The position numbers were made by a program, and so were the translations under genes. Below, piece by piece: positions 28,501 through 37,988 of a DNA stretch of 64,000 nucleotides. Below the pieces are notes generated by a model. It saw nothing but the letters and a program-made list of their open reading frames with translations, was not told the DNA's origin and made no database searches. The stretch lies in contig CAZUBM010000007.1 of the NCBI GenBank assembly GCA_964618805.1, positions 5,888 through 69,887 on the forward strand, given 5' to 3'. Source of the stretch: an uncultured Nitrososphaerota archaeon (GTDB lineage Archaea > Korarchaeota > Korarchaeia > Korarchaeales > Korarchaeaceae). How positions within the stretch are numbered: the stretch's first letter is position 1; the number at the start of each line of letters is the position of its first letter.

Positions 28501-29085
28501 GAAGAGAAGCTAATCCTTCCCAAAAATACTTCGCTCATCACGGCCTTAGATTATGATAAAGCACTCTTGAGGGCTGATTACGCAGAGATTATTCCAGGGA
28601 AGGGATTCTACCTCAAAATATTGCTTAAGAATGCCACTATTTCGTTCAGCGGAGGTTCTGCTGATCTCTTAACCTTCTCAAACTGCACCCCTATGCTTCT
28701 TCTAGAAAACGTCGAGACGGTAAATATGGAGAAAATGGAAGCTCTAGTGAGAGGATTAGTAGTTGAGGGGAACGGAGAAATAGAATTTGAGGATTTCTAC
28801 GCATATGGTTCGCTGTATAGAGAGATTAGGGTCTTAGGTGAAGAATGGGGATTAAGAGGAAATTTTACGTTTGTTGGCTTTTTGGGAGATCAATACAGCA
28901 TTATAAGGGATTTCAGGTACAATGGCGTTGAACTGCTCTCTAGCCCTCAAGAGCAAGCGGAACTCGTAGACAGGCGTGCACTGCGCATTTTATTGATTGT
29001 GATCATTGTCATGTTTTTGATCCTAATATTTGTTAGAGCAAAGGAAGGGACCTCCGATGAGGAAAACAGTATTAATAGGGCTTGA
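25585..29085 (+). CDS. 1166-aa GT-C-like membrane protein, paralogue of 17477..22075
   Basis: GLDIVRHY, WTTFSGFGW, WFRP, VHFPE, WERR, YNYTT motifs; C-terminal TM. Confidence 0.75.
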   Translation: MLEIEGRSVGLRTVIKYVIAGIVSRKVLQMKARNLLTHLAPIVVSIPILIALNYQLFESPFLYAVILFEAGLTYSFYLLFYHKYLVSLRLQIGLVNVFKLRTLDIAVILLCAFLFFVNLFGLHFLNNVIISTFIVCFALGYAVLRYLNFRPLVSNVEWILLSFFVSIPVNCLLFTISLFFPAERRTSILSFIYLIYVLAVITYAKKDLSGEKAGNIVLRFDLGEATCLILGAGFVLLSLAYTYPEMALLPGLDIVRHYSSALLINTNPEEYSSPYPWFHFQLATVQLLSSQDIAVFQTVMALFGMLLVLAIYLLAKTYLYGLDRRIPALSTVLWTTFSGFGWLSMFLLKDDMWSHDRLIYLSRVFRESFWDVGYGQGPWLWLWFRPFAVGMIGVTLLLYLLKRKDLSSNVFLTVAFLVSLGSCLVHFPEFAFFVVLFSVISLFRIEELRLKDMNISLIGSIAAALGLLGIYDLLGIKIGIPLTFLLLLFAFPAIALIGRSKLLQIKRRVGLNLKWISPVIACVLIAWTAFIAYWALNVEKFSAVASNYALQVPWMFYPVLLGINGFLALIQVLISFRDRHYMSFVALFVIMFVVSVFFGKAISLFHIYQISLEYWERRVIGLVFLASSIISAPALIHIFNSCPKALSSLFLSLMVFSGVTSTVLSVELQHLSTSRSALTQSELLDLSFLEKAGYGHYLLPTSLRSFYVSEYVPFKWRIKWFRYQILEAQSGEFVLNALFSTGYPAIVYTGERGESVLRENYSKSYILLHFLNSVPALDRNGSHLFRLPPQAPPAERSGVVLVLPDDISVDSVLWYGLDFLSTAGYNYTTALLSDLKMLGNAEVLIVPSFSIYSRLLEFGRTIQLPKRVILLNLVNASCSQAANSEENISAKLTVLDLYPHIRDLKRGQKELYYRFGEIIREKLDLSGNYMFEEKPINSGETAAFKRAKVRGKVIMTFETILIKPLVNELLANEEKLILPKNTSLITALDYDKALLRADYAEIIPGKGFYLKILLKNATISFSGGSADLLTFSNCTPMLLLENVETVNMEKMEALVRGLVVEGNGEIEFEDFYAYGSLYREIRVLGEEWGLRGNFTFVGFLGDQYSIIRDFRYNGVELLSSPQEQAELVDRRALRILLIVIIVMFLILIFVRAKEGTSDEENSINRA

Positions 29086-30589
29086 TGGCTGCTGTTTTGA
29101 CATTTTAAACCGCCTTATGGCTGAAGGAAAGCTGCCAACATTATCAGAGATAATCTTAGAAGGTTCTCGAGGAGTCCTTAGATCTACAATCCCTCCAAAC
29201 TCCCTACCAGCTTGGACAAGCATCTTCACCGGCGTTAATCCTGGAAAGCACGGGATAATTGATTCAATACTCCGTATTAACGGAGAGATCAGGGTTGCTA
29301 CTTCTAGAGACAGGGTTGTGCCGCTGTTATGGAAAATCTTGGACGTATACGGTGTGAAACAGGTTGTCGTCAACGAACCAGTCACGTATCCACCAGAACC
29401 GATAAATGGAGTTTTGCTTACGGGTTTTTCAACTCCCCCATCGGCTCAAAACTACATTTACCCATCCGAGCTAAGGGAAGAGGTTGATAGAGCTTGTGGA
29501 GGCTACATGCCTGACTTAGAGCCCGACTTTGAGAGAGCAATATCCAGGGATAGAAGCAAAGGTCTTGAGATAATAGAGGATTTTGCAAGGAGAACATTCG
29601 AAGCTGCTTATTATTTAGCTAAAAACTACGAGTGGAACCTTTTTGCCTGTATCTTTACGTCTACGGATCGTCTTTTGCACTTCTATTTTAACGACTTCAA
29701 AGCCATTGCGTCGCACCTTAACCTAATAGATGGTATGATTTCAAGGGTGTTAGAATTGACAGAAGCCAATGTTTTGATAGTATCGGATCACGGCTTCGGT
29801 CCGTTAAATAAATCTTTTCATATAAATTCATGGCTTAAGAAATTAAATTTCCTTAAGGAAAGGAGATCTTTGCTCAATAGGCTGCTGTTAGGGCTTGGAT
29901 TGGATTACAAAAGGCTTGCTTCCCTCCTCACCAAGGTTAAATTGTACAGGGCCGCTGCAAGGCTAACGCCCAAGTCGATTAAAGAGGCGATACCAACAGA
30001 TGCTGGGGAATCAGCAGTAGATCATAAAGAAAGTTTATTTTACTCTTTGAGCGTCAACGGGGGGATATACTTCAATGATAGGGGAATCGAAACACCTGAT
30101 CTCATAGACTACTTGATTGATAGGTTGAAATCCCTTGTTATTGATGATGAGAGGCCAATTGAGCGAATTTTTCTAAAACATGAGGTTCTTTGGGGGAATT
30201 GCATCGATAGAGCCCCTGAAATTTTGTTCTTCCCATCCTATGGATACGAAGTATCGCCAAGGTTACGTTCATCGATTCTAGACTCTCCAAGAGCGTTTGG
30301 GGATATTAGGACAGGAACCCATAGACCTGAGGGAATATTTCTGGCATTTGGTCCAGACATCAAGAAAGGAGGGCTTTTGCGCACCATCAATGCTTGGGAC
30401 ATTGTTCCAACGATTTTACATGGGTTTGGATTACCAATACCGAGTTACATGGATGGTCGAGTTTTAAAGGAAATATTCAAGGAGAATAGTGAAATCTCTA
30501 CTAGATCCATTAAGCTCGTTAATTGGAACTTAGGTTGGGGGCTGCCTGAAAAGATAAAAAGGATTAAGCTGAGAAAACCGAAGAAATGA
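29057..30589 (+). CDS. Alkaline-phosphatase superfamily protein (type I phosphodiesterase/NPP-like)
   Basis: IGLDG, STIPPNSLPAWTSIFTGVNPGKHG, TDRLLH, VSDHGF, TGTHR; ATG 29057 preferred over track start 29030. Confidence 0.9.
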   Translation: MRKTVLIGLDGCCFDILNRLMAEGKLPTLSEIILEGSRGVLRSTIPPNSLPAWTSIFTGVNPGKHGIIDSILRINGEIRVATSRDRVVPLLWKILDVYGVKQVVVNEPVTYPPEPINGVLLTGFSTPPSAQNYIYPSELREEVDRACGGYMPDLEPDFERAISRDRSKGLEIIEDFARRTFEAAYYLAKNYEWNLFACIFTSTDRLLHFYFNDFKAIASHLNLIDGMISRVLELTEANVLIVSDHGFGPLNKSFHINSWLKKLNFLKERRSLLNRLLLGLGLDYKRLASLLTKVKLYRAAARLTPKSIKEAIPTDAGESAVDHKESLFYSLSVNGGIYFNDRGIETPDLIDYLIDRLKSLVIDDERPIERIFLKHEVLWGNCIDRAPEILFFPSYGYEVSPRLRSSILDSPRAFGDIRTGTHRPEGIFLAFGPDIKKGGLLRTINAWDIVPTILHGFGLPIPSYMDGRVLKEIFKENSEISTRSIKLVNWNLGWGLPEKIKRIKLRKPKK

Positions 30590-30835
30590 AGGAATCCAGA
30601 ATAGCTTTCTGCATCGAAAGAAATTCGCTATATACCTGCTAGAGGCCAGCGCACTAGTTAAAACATGTCCTGAACTTTTACAGAACCATAGGCTATTTTA
30701 GAGAATTAGTAACTTTCTGAAGGTTAACCCTATTCCGAAGTGAGGTAGACAACAGTAGTAGCCGAAGATTGCTATTTTGAATTTTTCTATTACAAACAAC
30801 TTAAAAATTAACGCGCTATATCTAGGCTGTTATAG

Positions 30836-31531
30836 ATGGCGTACAACGTATCAATAGTGGTTCCAACCTACCAGGAAAGAGAAAACATCGCATACTTCAT
30901 ATACAGGATTGAATCCGCTCTAAAGGGCCTTAACTTTGAAATAATCGTAGTTGATGACAACAGCCCTGATGGAACTGCTGATCTAGCCGAGAAACTAAAC
31001 GATCAGTACGGAAATATCAAAGTGATAAGGAGGCCAGCAAAGCTTGGGCTTGGATCGGCTATAACCGACGGAATTAAAGCCTCAAATTCCGATGTGATAG
31101 TTGTAATGGACGCTGATCTTCAGCATCCGCCTGAGCTGCTACCAAAGATGTTGCAGAAGATTAAACGAGACAATGACCTAGTTATAGCTTCAAGATACGT
31201 TAAGGGAGGAGGAATAGAGGGGTGGACCTTAGGTAGGAGGATTATCTCTAAGGGAGCTAAGCTCTTGGCTCACTTCTTACTGCCTAAGACGAGGAGTGTC
31301 AGAGATCCTGTATCCGGCTTCTTCATGTTCAGAAGAAAAGTGGTCGAGAACCTTGAGTTAAAGACCTCCGGGTACAAGATACTTTTAGAAATCCTCGTCA
31401 AGGGCTCATACAACTCGTTAGCTGAGATCCCTTATACCTTTGTTCAAAGAAAAAGGGGTAAGAGCAAGCTGACTTTGAAAGAAATGTTAGGATACGTTAA
31501 TCTATTAATTAATTTGATGATTGGCAAATGA
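30836..31531 (+). CDS. Dolichol/polyprenol-phosphate mannose synthase-like GT2 (DPM1-like)
   Basis: VPTYQERENI, VDDNSPDGT, GLGSA, MDADLQHPP, ASRY..GG, DPVSGFF. Confidence 0.93.
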   Translation: MAYNVSIVVPTYQERENIAYFIYRIESALKGLNFEIIVVDDNSPDGTADLAEKLNDQYGNIKVIRRPAKLGLGSAITDGIKASNSDVIVVMDADLQHPPELLPKMLQKIKRDNDLVIASRYVKGGGIEGWTLGRRIISKGAKLLAHFLLPKTRSVRDPVSGFFMFRRKVVENLELKTSGYKILLEILVKGSYNSLAEIPYTFVQRKRGKSKLTLKEMLGYVNLLINLMIGK

Positions 31532-31566
31532 GGGTAACACAATAGCTGTCAACTGGAGGGAATTAC

Positions 31567-33678
31567 ATGTCAAAGATCCTCTATAGCCTTCTAAAATTCT
31601 GGTTACGTCTCAAAGGATATTTAATTTCGAAGAAAATAATCCCTGACATAATAGTCCTCGTAGGCATCATGATTTACACGGTTTACTTCTCGAAATTAGC
31701 TATTCTCAGATACAGGACATTTGATGCATACGCGTGGGATTTGGGATTGTTTAACCAGGCTTTCATAACCACGATTAAGTATGGCAAGCTCTTCTACAAC
31801 ACAGTCGAACTTTACATTAGCTCTACTGGCTCATTGTTCGCAATGCATCTATCCCTTGCTTTGTTCCTTCTCTTGCCATTTTACGCCCTGAAACCAGGTC
31901 CAGAAACCCTTTTAATAATTCAAACGGTCTTGCTTGCGTTAGGTGCAGTCCCGCTCTATGCTCTAGCCATAGAGAAGTTAAAAAACAGGTGGGCCGCATC
32001 TTCCGTCGCTATTTCCTATCTTCTGTATCCTCCCTTGCACGGAGTAAACTGGTTTGACTTTCATTTCCAAGCCATGATTCCAGTCTTCTTGTTCTCTTTT
32101 CTATACTTCTTCGAGAAAAAGAAAGTATTTTACTCCATGCTCTTTGCCATACTCACTTTGAGCGTTGAAGAGATGGGAACTAGCCTCCTCATGGCTTTAC
32201 TTTCCTTCTACACTTTATGGAGGTATAAGAAGATAGAAATATCTGTCTCTAAAGAGAGTTCAGAAAAAGAGAAACAAGAGAAGGAAGATGATGAGAAAAA
32301 AGATGAGGAAGAGGAAGTAGTCTCCATTACCCTTGATCTCAGTGATGAAAGGGCTCAGATTTCACTTTTCGTCCTTATCATATCAATCTCCTGGTTCTTT
32401 GTGGCAAGATGGTTGAAAGGAGCGTTTTTCCCAATAAACCCGGATTTCATTCGTAGCTACAAGGCAAGCAAGAACTGGGATGTCCTAGGAGTGGCTGATC
32501 CAATAAAAATCCCAAAACAAATCCTGCTCCATCCATCCAAAGCTCTAGAGGCACTACATTACGACATTTTCTGGAAGTTCCTTTACATAATCCTCCTCTT
32601 CGGACCACTCCTTTTCATTCCTGCTAGAAGCGGCTTTTCCCTAGTCATCATGGCGTTCCTAACCCCATTCCTACTATCTAACTACATGCCTTACTACCTG
32701 ATAGGCCATCAATACCCTGCTTACATCATACCTCTTGTGTTCGCGGCCTTCTTGGACGGCTTGCCTCCCTCCCCCAAGGGCATAGACCGCAGAACTCTGG
32801 CTTGCGTTATGTTGCTGACCTTCTCCTCCTTCACAGTTGCAAGTCCTCTGGGACCAGCGAGCGCTTATTACCAGATATCCCCTGACTTCAGGCCTTTAGA
32901 GATAACGGAGCACGTAGAGCTATTAACTAAAGTTGTTAATAACATGCCCAACGGCAGCATTTTAACCCAAAATAACATATTCCCCCATCTGTCCAACAGG
33001 ATGGATGTGTATGTTATCCCCTCTTTCTCCATGAGCGATCCTGAAGCCAAGAAGTACCTAAAGTACACCCGAAGTCTCTTGGAAAGGGTAGATTACATAC
33101 TTGTTGACACCAACCTCGATCTATTCGCTCCGAGTCTAGTTACTGATCTCATGAAAGATGAATTTGGGCTATATGCCTATGGAGACGGCATATTTCTCTA
33201 TAAAAGAGGGTACAAGGGTCCTATAACCTATCTACTACCTGTGCACGAAGTCTTCGATTACAAGAAGTTGATTCTAGATAACGGGGAGATCATCAAGGAT
33301 CCAACAGCCAATAGCGATCGTGTCCTCTATCACAGTAAGTATGATCCCAAGGGAACTTTCTGGTTTGGACCCTACGTAACGTTGCCACGAGGAAATTATA
33401 CCGTTATCTTCAGGTTGAAGGTCGATGAACTTGGCAAGGGTCACCTGATAACCCTTGATGTGGCTACTGATATTGGATCGAAAATTTTGGCGAGCTATGA
33501 TGTTGATTTATCGGAGTTTAGTGTAGCTGGAACTTGGAAGAACTTTAAACTCAATTTGTTCTTACCAAAACCAGCCGAAAAGATCGAATTTAGAGGTATC
33601 AATGTATCTAACCTCACAGGCATTTATCTGGACTATGTAGAGGTGGTTAAATCTGAGGAAGGTATTGAAGGAGGTTAG
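31567..33678 (+). CDS. DUF2079-like GT-C membrane protein with C-terminal beta-sandwich domain
   Basis: YAWDLGLFNQ, H.S..L, NWFDFH, HQYPA, FPHLSNR, FGPYVTLP.G.Y. Confidence 0.8.
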   Translation: MSKILYSLLKFWLRLKGYLISKKIIPDIIVLVGIMIYTVYFSKLAILRYRTFDAYAWDLGLFNQAFITTIKYGKLFYNTVELYISSTGSLFAMHLSLALFLLLPFYALKPGPETLLIIQTVLLALGAVPLYALAIEKLKNRWAASSVAISYLLYPPLHGVNWFDFHFQAMIPVFLFSFLYFFEKKKVFYSMLFAILTLSVEEMGTSLLMALLSFYTLWRYKKIEISVSKESSEKEKQEKEDDEKKDEEEEVVSITLDLSDERAQISLFVLIISISWFFVARWLKGAFFPINPDFIRSYKASKNWDVLGVADPIKIPKQILLHPSKALEALHYDIFWKFLYIILLFGPLLFIPARSGFSLVIMAFLTPFLLSNYMPYYLIGHQYPAYIIPLVFAAFLDGLPPSPKGIDRRTLACVMLLTFSSFTVASPLGPASAYYQISPDFRPLEITEHVELLTKVVNNMPNGSILTQNNIFPHLSNRMDVYVIPSFSMSDPEAKKYLKYTRSLLERVDYILVDTNLDLFAPSLVTDLMKDEFGLYAYGDGIFLYKRGYKGPITYLLPVHEVFDYKKLILDNGEIIKDPTANSDRVLYHSKYDPKGTFWFGPYVTLPRGNYTVIFRLKVDELGKGHLITLDVATDIGSKILASYDVDLSEFSVAGTWKNFKLNLFLPKPAEKIEFRGINVSNLTGIYLDYVEVVKSEEGIEGG

Positions 33679-35677
33679 ATCTCTATCTACCTCCTTCATG
33701 GTCAAAATAAAGACAAAAAAGGCGATCGAGGCGGCAGTTTACTTACTGATTTTCCTATATACCTTGTTTTTCTCCAGGTACACTATAGAGAAGCACAGGG
33801 CCTTTCTTACTTATGCTTGGGATTTGGGGATATTCAATCAAGCCATGTACACAACAATCAGGCACGGAAAGTTCCTTTACTACACATTGGAGACCCATGT
33901 TAACCCAAGCAATTGTTTCTTTGGAATCCATTTTAGTCCAATATTGCTTTTGATCCTGCCTTTCTATGCCATAAAACCGGGACCAGAGACCCTTTTAGTG
34001 ATTCAGTCAGCTCTAATAGCTTTGGGAGCCCTTCCTGTCTACTGGCTAAGTAAGGACCTACTAGACGATAAAATCGATGGTCTAGCATTGGCAACCTCTT
34101 ATCTCCTTTATCCTGCATTGCATGGAGTAAACTGCTTTGATTTTCACATAGAGGCCTTTATCCCCGCCTTTCTTTTATTCTCCATATACTTCTTCTTCAA
34201 AGAGAGGTGGAAAGCCTATTTCTTCTTTCTTTTGTTGTCCTTGATGTGTTTAGAGCAAGCCTCCTTCCTCGTCCTTCTGCTTGGCTTCTACGCCTCTTGG
34301 CATAACAGAGGATCTATAATCAGCTTTGTTAAACGGAGGAATGAGGTTAAGACAAGGGCTTTAGTTCCAATTATAACGGTCTTCCTTGCTCTGTCTTGGC
34401 TCCTTCTTTCAAATGCAGTTCAAGGCTTTTTCAACCCAAATCCTCCAGTAGAGTTAAAGGCTGTTCACAATTGGGAGATCTTGGGAGTGGAAGGACCAAC
34501 ACAGATACCTATTGCCGTGCTGAAGAGTCCAAGCAGAGCGTTAAAAGCTCTTTCCTATGATCTCCAAGCCAAACTTGCTTATGTAGTTTATCTACTTGCT
34601 CCATTGCTCTTCTTACCAATACTGAGTCCTTCGATGCTCGTTCTCACCGTTCCTTTCTTTGCCTTCTCCCTCCTATCAAATTATGAGCCATATTACTATC
34701 TAGGTCTGCAGTATCCAGCTGTTGCCGTTCCTTTTCTTTTTGGAGCTGCTGTTTTAGGAATTAAGAGGTGTATTGGAGCCAGAAGGGCCATTGTTTTTCT
34801 TGTTTTGGTATCTTCGGTTCTTCACTCAGCTATGTTGAGCCCTGTTAGCCCCATAGCCCTAGCTCAACCGCGGCCTGCGTACGACAAACCGTTTATGGAA
34901 AATGATCACCTCGAGGACCTGTACAAGATGATCGATCTTATTCCAAAGCAAGCATCCGTACTAACAGTAAACAGCATATTTCCTCATGTCTCTAGCAGGA
35001 TGAACGCTTACTGCATTCCACCATGGCATCTATTGATCAAAAGGTACAATGAGACCATCAGAAAAGCCCTTAGTGCTAGCGGAGGTGATCAAGCCGAGTT
35101 CATCCTTCTGGACTTGAAGTACAGCGAGATCTATAGCGATAACGAATTTCTGATGTCTTGGGCTCTTAAAAACCGAAACTATTCGCTGTACGCCTACTCC
35201 GATAGCATATTCCTTTTTAGGAGAGGATACAAGGGAGAACCCATGTTTCTGAGGCCAATACGCTTTGCTCTCAATTATAAGAACCTTTACGTCCGTTTCG
35301 GGAGTAATACAACCGATCCAACCTCTGAAAGTAACCTTGTTCTTGTGCATAGAAAGCAGGATGACCAAGGGACTTTCTTTTTTGGACCATATGTCACGTT
35401 ACCCCCTGGAAACTATACTGCTACCTTTAGGTTGAAGGTTGATGAGTTAGGGGCTGGGCATCTGATAACCATTGAGGCAGCTGCAGAGTTGGGAATAAAG
35501 GTGTTTGCAAGCCATGAGATCGACCTTTCTGAGTTCAAGGAAGCTGGTGTGTGGCAAGATTTCGTGCTAGAGTTTTCCTTAGACGTCCCGGTGAGAGATG
35601 TTGAGTTTAGGGGAATCTACGCCTCAAATCTGACGACCCTGTACCTCGATTACATAGAGGTGGTAAGGGCTGGATGA
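33665..35677 (+). CDS. Second DUF2079-like GT-C membrane protein (tandem paralogue)
   Basis: YAWDLGIFNQ, HFSPIL, NCFDFH, LQYPA, FPHVSSR, FGPYVTLPPGNY. Confidence 0.8.
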   Translation: MKEVRSLSTSFMVKIKTKKAIEAAVYLLIFLYTLFFSRYTIEKHRAFLTYAWDLGIFNQAMYTTIRHGKFLYYTLETHVNPSNCFFGIHFSPILLLILPFYAIKPGPETLLVIQSALIALGALPVYWLSKDLLDDKIDGLALATSYLLYPALHGVNCFDFHIEAFIPAFLLFSIYFFFKERWKAYFFFLLLSLMCLEQASFLVLLLGFYASWHNRGSIISFVKRRNEVKTRALVPIITVFLALSWLLLSNAVQGFFNPNPPVELKAVHNWEILGVEGPTQIPIAVLKSPSRALKALSYDLQAKLAYVVYLLAPLLFLPILSPSMLVLTVPFFAFSLLSNYEPYYYLGLQYPAVAVPFLFGAAVLGIKRCIGARRAIVFLVLVSSVLHSAMLSPVSPIALAQPRPAYDKPFMENDHLEDLYKMIDLIPKQASVLTVNSIFPHVSSRMNAYCIPPWHLLIKRYNETIRKALSASGGDQAEFILLDLKYSEIYSDNEFLMSWALKNRNYSLYAYSDSIFLFRRGYKGEPMFLRPIRFALNYKNLYVRFGSNTTDPTSESNLVLVHRKQDDQGTFFFGPYVTLPPGNYTATFRLKVDELGAGHLITIEAAAELGIKVFASHEIDLSEFKEAGVWQDFVLEFSLDVPVRDVEFRGIYASNLTTLYLDYIEVVRAG

Positions 35678-35678
35678 G

Positions 35679-36839
35679 TTGAATGTGGCAGTTGCTAACA
35701 TCTCTTTGAACTTCTGTGGGGGCGCACAGGCAGTAGCCCTCGAGGTCATTAGTGCTTTGGCTAACAGAGGGCACCATGTCACACTAATTACAGCTGACAA
35801 GGTGAATTGGGAAAAGATCAAGAACCTTATGGGTTTTGATAGGATTGCAGAGCGGGAAGTGTTTGCTGTTAACTATGATCTGGTTGAAAATGTGAATAGG
35901 GATCCTATGAAGGCCTTCCTCTTGGTAATTTCATTTCTTGGAAAGCTTTTTGGTGCTAAGAAAAGGTATGATGTCGTTTTGAATTCATATGGCGACTTGG
36001 ATTTGAGTGTTAACTTAGCACACATAACTCTCATCGGGAGTTTTCCATTCAGCCTCTCAGGACGCTACCCTGATATGGCTCCAATCTACCTCAAAAATCC
36101 GTTCACCATAGCAGCTTACAAGACTTTCAGGGAGCTCTTGGTCAGAGAACCATCTGGAATATTGCTTACAAATTCCCTCTTCATGAAGAGGATTTTAAAA
36201 AAGTATTTGGGATGGAATACAGTTGTTTTACATCCACCAATAAAGATCAATGACTTTTACACCTCTGAAAGGAAGGAAAACGTTGTAGTTACTGTTTCAA
36301 GGTATGTTCCAGGCAAAGAGCTTTACAAGGTCCTGCTTGTGGCTAGGAAAGTTCCTGATGCAAAGTTCATTGTTGTCGGTAGAACTTACGATAAGAGTTA
36401 TCTTTCAACCCTCTTGAGGATTAGAGATTCCCTGCACTTGCAGGGAAGGGTTAAATTACTTTCTGATCTATCAAGGGACCAGCTTCTGGATCTACTTTCA
36501 AGGGCTAAAGTGTACCTCCATACGAAGAGACGCGAGCCATTTGGTATGTCCGTAGTTGAGGTTATGGCATCTGGCTGTGTTCCTGTCGTCCCTAAAGAAG
36601 GAGGCCCTTGGACGGATATCTTGGATGAAAAGGACGGGGTTTATGGATATTCATATCGCAGCATTGAAGAGGCCGCAATGCATATAAAAAGGCTTATCTC
36701 AGAGGATTCTTTGCGAGAAAGAATCTCTAAGAGGTGTATTGAGAAGGCTAGGTCCTTTAGCAGGGAAGTTTTTCATAAAAGAATAGTTAGGATAGTTGAG
36801 AGCTGCGCTTTGGGTCTGTCTAGAACGGGGGAAAGTTAA
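35679..36839 (+). CDS. GT4 glycosyltransferase, ALG11-like mannosyltransferase type
   Basis: GGAQAV, TNS.F, HPP, VSRY.P.K, KVYLHT..REPFGMSVVE.MASG. Confidence 0.85.
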   Translation: MNVAVANISLNFCGGAQAVALEVISALANRGHHVTLITADKVNWEKIKNLMGFDRIAEREVFAVNYDLVENVNRDPMKAFLLVISFLGKLFGAKKRYDVVLNSYGDLDLSVNLAHITLIGSFPFSLSGRYPDMAPIYLKNPFTIAAYKTFRELLVREPSGILLTNSLFMKRILKKYLGWNTVVLHPPIKINDFYTSERKENVVVTVSRYVPGKELYKVLLVARKVPDAKFIVVGRTYDKSYLSTLLRIRDSLHLQGRVKLLSDLSRDQLLDLLSRAKVYLHTKRREPFGMSVVEVMASGCVPVVPKEGGPWTDILDEKDGVYGYSYRSIEEAAMHIKRLISEDSLRERISKRCIEKARSFSREVFHKRIVRIVESCALGLSRTGES

Positions 36840-36872
36840 TCCTCTGTCCTCTATAATGTACCTTGGTGAAGG

Positions 36873-37949
36873 TTGTTGAAGATATTCTTTCTTGTTGACC
36901 CTTTGGAAGGTTTTCATGGTCCCTTGAGGCCCCCTCTTCTTATAGCTAAGGAGCTTAAGGGAAGATTTGATTTCGTCTTGGTCTCTCCTTTTGTGAAGAA
37001 GGAGGCTGGGGAGGTGCTTGAAGCACAAGGTCTCCCTTTTATTAACCTTAGCAAGAAGTTCTTCTTTTCAGGATCCTTGCTAACATTTGAGGCATGGTTA
37101 AGAGGCAGCAAGTTTACAGCAAGCCTTGAAGACATAGTCGTCAACTTTTCTCAGCACTTTCTGTCAGATTCTCATATTTACTATGCCCAGGGTCCAATAA
37201 CGAGGGCTTTAGATGACATGGTATCAGAGCTTGGGGTCTCGTATAGGCTCATATATCGCATATCAAGACCTTTTCTTGTCAACAAAGATAAAGGGTTTAA
37301 CCACAAAATAAGAAGTAGCTCCGCTACCTTCGTTGCAAACAGCAGGTTTTGTGCCTCTATGTATGAGGATTGGGGAATACGTGTGGATAAGGTGATATAC
37401 CCCCCGCTAGACTGTGAAAAGTTCAAGCCCACGACTAAAAGCCCCTCTAGCGACTACGTCCTCACATATGCGGGCAAGGAGACTAGATATGGCGTGATAA
37501 AAGGCCTGGCTGATGCTGGCATTCAAATAAAGATGTTTGGATCTAAAGCTCCTATTCCTAGTCATCTCCTCCATCATAAAATGATCCAATTTCTAGGGAG
37601 GGTTTCGGACGAAGAACTCATAGATTTCTACTCTAACGCACTCTATACCTTATTCACCTTTACTCATGAGCCTTTTGGCTATATACCAATTGAAAGTATG
37701 GCCTGTGGAACTCCCGTCCTCACATATGACAAGCAAGGACCGAGAGAGTCCGTCTCTCATGGGATCTCTGGTTGGGTTGCCAAGACAGATGAGGAGTTAG
37801 TAAAACTGGCCATTAAGCTGTGGAAGGAGGGATACTCGCAAGAGATTAGAAGCAAAGCGAGGGAGAGGGCGCTATTCTATGATAGCCGCAAGATAGCTGG
37901 GGAATGGTACTATTTATTGAAATCTTTTTGCGAAGAAAGGACGGAATAG
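36873..37949 (+). CDS. GT4 glycosyltransferase
   Basis: ANSRF, IYPP, FLGRVSDEEL, HEPFGYIPIESMACGTP. Confidence 0.9.
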   Translation: MLKIFFLVDPLEGFHGPLRPPLLIAKELKGRFDFVLVSPFVKKEAGEVLEAQGLPFINLSKKFFFSGSLLTFEAWLRGSKFTASLEDIVVNFSQHFLSDSHIYYAQGPITRALDDMVSELGVSYRLIYRISRPFLVNKDKGFNHKIRSSSATFVANSRFCASMYEDWGIRVDKVIYPPLDCEKFKPTTKSPSSDYVLTYAGKETRYGVIKGLADAGIQIKMFGSKAPIPSHLLHHKMIQFLGRVSDEELIDFYSNALYTLFTFTHEPFGYIPIESMACGTPVLTYDKQGPRESVSHGISGWVAKTDEELVKLAIKLWKEGYSQEIRSKARERALFYDSRKIAGEWYYLLKSFCEERTE

Positions 37950-37988
37950 AATTAGTTCTAATAATCTATTCTATTTTAGAGAGATAAA

